Positions 60,685-64,000 of a stretch of DNA of 64,000 bases are shown here, in pieces. Position 1 is the stretch's first letter. Each line of letters opens with the position of its first letter. The notes beneath the pieces were generated by a model that was not told where the DNA came from, did not search any database, and worked only from the letters and a program-made list of their open reading frames with translations. Origin of the DNA: Botryllus schlosseri (lineage: Eukaryota); contig CM119378.1 in the NCBI GenBank assembly GCA_051294905.1, forward strand, positions 2,482,001 to 2,546,000, in the 5' to 3' direction. The translations under genes and the position numbers were made by a program.

Positions 60685-61797
60685 GCTAGGTGTCAAGTCG
60701 GAAATCTATATTTACAGGCGTTGTTAAAATTGCCGACTACGGTACAAACGCATCGTTCAAAATTGCTTGGTATATCGCTAAACCCAAGAAATATGCTGGA
60801 GAAGGTGTGATTTCAATAAAACTATGTACGGTACGAATCTTAGCAGCACGGACCTGACTAAGTTCGAAGCCATACAGTTATCTGTTGCAACCGTGACCGC
60901 ATGTTCTGAAACACGTTGGCGCCCATAGACTAATGTGGAGCGGATCGACAAATTCTCTGGTCCGACTCCGATCCGGTTTTTCAATATTCTGGTCCAGCTC
61001 CGATCCGGCTCCGGCCAAAAATGAAAAAGTCCGGCTGGAAATTCGGCCCTACATAGTATGGTGGTTCCGTGAATTTATAAATATGACTCGTTTATTTTCT
61101 CGCTGGCTTGGCAGTTACTAGCGTGTGGTTGTTTGGTTGGTCGGTAGTTATTTAGTTATAAACGTGATGCTTATCCATAAAGATTCTGACCGTATAAAAA
61201 AAGTACTGATCCGGATGCGATCCGGCTCCGACCGTATCAGAAAAAATCTGATCCGGCTCTTATCCGGTCCGGCCAAAATTGAAAAAATCCGCATGCAGGC
61301 CTGCTGTCGTCCGCAAAAACACTTTCGCCAAACAGTAACAATCTCCGACTGTAAATTGTTTGTGTTTATATATCTTTTTGATTAAAACTTATGCCCGCGT
61401 CTGAACAAATTGTGCTCGTTGCCATTGCCGAATCTGGGTATTTGGGTATGATGAGCGCACCCTGTAATTGTAATTAATGCAGGTTTGCGGCATTTCTGCA
61501 ATTTCGTTATCGGCGCAACCTTGCCTGCCGATTGTACAGTCCGATAAAATGGTCCGTGGACATATGAGCATGCGACATTACAGCATGCGAGACTTCGACA
61601 TGCGACAATTTGGCATGCGACACATGAGCATGTGGGTTAAATTACAGGTTAGGGATAGGTTAGGGTTGGATTTATGGTTGGGTTAGGGTTAGGCTTTAGG
61701 TTAGGTTAGGCTAGGTTAGGTTAGGTTAGGCTATGTTTCGGGTTAGGGTAAGTTTTTGAGTTATACAGTCACATGCTGAAGTGACGCATGCTGATGT

Positions 61798-63149
61798 TAT
61801 TATTATTGATGAAAAGATGAGTGACGCTTTTCGCCTGTAAGGCCAGGTGCGTCACGGACTAGAATGAGCGATTTACCAAAATATGGTCAATAACCGATTT
61901 ACAAGTAAGTACCACAAGATATAACAAATTCTGCAACATGGGATAACATTTCGGGGATGATCAGTAGATTTTCGAGTGTTGCAGTGATTTTGAGCTCGCG
62001 CGCCCTGTCGATTAAAAAGCTCCGATGAAAATCATATCGATTGCAGTGCAGCAAAAAATGCTCGACTGTTTCAGGTACTGTACAATGGTCGCATAGGTCG
62101 GTGTCGCTACATCCAATTTTATATAAATGCGCTTTCAGGCGGCAATGGCCTGAACGAAGCCGAAATATTATTCGTTCGTAAAGCCTATGTCGATGCATCG
62201 ATGGAAAGTGGCCATCAGTCAATGATCTATGGAAATTTCGATAGTGACCTCCACGCTCATTTCGTTGATATTCGGCGTTCCAGGTCGCTCTACAGTATTG
62301 CCGTACTTTGGCTTTTGCCTCAGCGTGGCTAATTTTTTCTTGAAGCGTCTGAGAAGGGGTATTTTCGATATTGGTCCTGGCAGCTTGCCAAGCCAATTTA
62401 TCAGCTAATTCATTACCACCGATATCAGCATGCCCCGGTACCCAGGCCAGGACAACAATGGCGCCTTTCTGAACCACTTGATTCAGCAAGCGACCACTTT
62501 CAAATATAACATTCTGCGTTTGCGGTGCCTGCAGGTTGGTCATAGCGGATAGCACGCTCAGACTGTCCGATAGAATCAGATATGTTTGTTGGTATGAGCC
62601 ATTCTGGCAGATCCATTTTAGAGCGTGGAGAATGGCTTGTGCTTCTATGGAGAAGATTGAGTTAAGAGTGGAACACGACTGGGAAAAGTTTATCATCAGC
62701 GACGGGATGGTAAAGGCAAAACCGGCTCCCTCTGCTGATTTGGAGCCGTCAGTGTATATTTCAGTGGCATCCCTATATCGTTCGAATATGAAGTCCAGGA
62801 CTATGGGTTTATGCGACAGAGGTGCGATATCTTTTTTAATGATTTTTGCAAGGTCTAAATCAATATTAGGCGATTGAATCAGCCATGGAGGCAAATTTGG
62901 AAGACTTTTTCTTTCCAAGACAAGGTTATTCAGAGACTCGACATTTGTGGCGATGTTGAAGGTAATGAATTTTGGGTTCATGAGGCTATATATCTCCTGC
63001 CAAGAGTCTTCAAGCACTCCTAATGTTGGATGTTCGTGAGCCTGGTAACCTCTAAGGTGACAGCGATAGTTAAGGCTAAGCTGTTTGTGGCGCAGATGGA
63101 GAGGAAGCTCGTCACATGATGCTTCCAGTGCACAAATAGGGGTGCTGCA
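61798..63149 (-). mobile_element. 5'-truncated non-LTR retrotransposon (I-group-like, with RNase H)
   Basis: Open frame to stop at 61899; short 3' UTR ending in (TAA)n; 11-bp TSD CATGCTGATGT (61787-61797 and 63150-63160). Confidence 0.9.
61899..63149 (-). CDS. LINE ORF2 C-terminal fragment: post-RT linker, RNase H, CCHC-type Zn finger
   Basis: STPICALEASCDELPLHLR; IYTDGSK; IEAQAI; LSDSLS; WVPGHADIGGNELADKLA; RLRSGH; CDHCTVPETVEHFLLHC. The first 18 codons of ORF 63203 lie outside the insertion. Confidence 0.88.
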   Translation of the reverse strand, partial: CSTPICALEASCDELPLHLRHKQLSLNYRCHLRGYQAHEHPTLGVLEDSWQEIYSLMNPKFITFNIATNVESLNNLVLERKSLPNLPPWLIQSPNIDLDLAKIIKKDIAPLSHKPIVLDFIFERYRDATEIYTDGSKSAEGAGFAFTIPSLMINFSQSCSTLNSIFSIEAQAILHALKWICQNGSYQQTYLILSDSLSVLSAMTNLQAPQTQNVIFESGRLLNQVVQKGAIVVLAWVPGHADIGGNELADKLAWQAARTNIENTPSQTLQEKISHAEAKAKVRQYCRATWNAEYQRNERGGHYRNFHRSLTDGHFPSMHRHRLYERIIFRLRSGHCRLKAHLYKIGCSDTDLCDHCTVPETVEHFLLHCNRYDFHRSFLIDRARELKITATLENLLIIPEMLSHVAEFVISCGTYL

Positions 63150-63639
63150 CATGCTGATGTGTTCCATGCTGAACTGTCGTTTTCCATTGTGTTGATTGAT
63201 CAATACTATGTATTTCGCATAGCGTACTGATGCGTAACGATCCTTACTAGACGTACAAATTCGACCTCATCGTTAGAAACGTAGATTCCTTCGCGTGCTC
63301 TGAGAAACACCATCTCCTATCGCGATTTGACGACCAAATATACGTTTACATTCTACAAATTAAAGTGCATTAATTGCATCGATGAAGGCCGCAAGCCGCG
63401 TTTAAAATATTTTGTGAACCAATTTTTTGATAAATATTCGCGGAGCGCAAAGTGGAACAGCGTTTTATTGTGTGTGCCTGCTAGTTTGAATTTATTCCAG
63501 TGCCCATAATATTTATCCAATTATGCTTTGCGGACGTAAATCGGAAAATGCAGCAATGCAGTCAAAATCGATGTTTTTATCAGCAATCAATGCTCAATAC
63601 TAAGTAAAACCCATTGTGTTGGCGGCAAGGGATAATTAC

Positions 63640-63754
63640 CAGGCCGTGTTATTTTTGGCATTTCAGAAGCTAGATGCCAAAACTGCCAAAAATAAAAATT
63701 TGAAAATGCCAAAAATAAGCAATTTTTGGCATATGCCAAAAATAACACGGCCTG
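63640..63754. mobile_element. 115-bp hairpin MITE
   Basis: 22-bp perfect inverted repeat CAGGCCGTGTTATTTTTGGCAT; no clear TSD. Confidence 0.6.
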
Positions 63755-64000
63755 CCAAATAGTGTATTTCGTTCATGGTGCTGTGTTAGCAGGACCGCGT
63801 TACAAGCGAGAAGAGCGTTTGTGAAAGGCAGGTTTCTTAATCTGGGTCCAGCCCATCCATTAGGGGTGAAAGCATGGTGTCCTAAATGGTTTGGGCACAG
63901 CGAGATTGAACGGCTAACCGCATTTGGTTTACGTCATACTTTCCATTTGTCCAAAGGCAATTTTACAACCATTTTTGACCGGCTTGTCGAGCACTAAATT

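Larger units (their letters stand above)
61548..63188. mobile_element. Unclassified repeat with CATGCGACA subterminal repeats and a TTAGG/TTAGGG core; host of the LINE insertion
   Basis: Repeated agcatgcgaca on the left, inverted catgctga repeats on the right, telomere-like tract at about 61645-61750. Confidence 0.55.

Noticed and set aside
61645..61750. True telomere or chromosome-fusion site
   Set aside because: Short, degenerate, single orientation and embedded in a repeat element.
63150..63203. N-terminus MINQHNGKRQFSMEHISM of the 434-aa ORF, as a standalone RNase H gene
   Set aside because: It lies in and beyond the LINE TSD; fortuitous read-through into host repeat sequence.

Overview
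AT-rich, intron-containing animal (invertebrate-like) genomic DNA; most ORFs in the six-frame track are spurious. By reading splice sites I reconstruct four host genes. (1) The last four coding exons of a CCDC34-like coiled-coil gene (+, 349-5161). (2) A complete 9-exon deoxyribose-phosphate aldolase, DERA (-, 9182-18725, 320 aa), tail-to-tail with it. (3,4) A tandemly duplicated pair of unrecognised 6-exon type-I membrane-protein genes (+, 27739-38808 and 50312-53841). Each encodes a signal peptide, a ~120-aa Cys-containing beta-rich ectodomain with a hypervariable patch, an S/T-rich stalk, one TM helix and a short tail with conserved YATV and NxLY motifs. This pair is the best candidate for an undescribed system. 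The rest is densely nested transposon material: a 6-kb dead hAT element, about 20 non-autonomous elements with readable TIRs and TSDs, a Chapaev3-like fossil, a 5'-truncated RNase H-bearing LINE, three tRNA-derived SINE copies, a minisatellite and an intronic satellite. All family assignments are from motif recognition by eye, not database searches.
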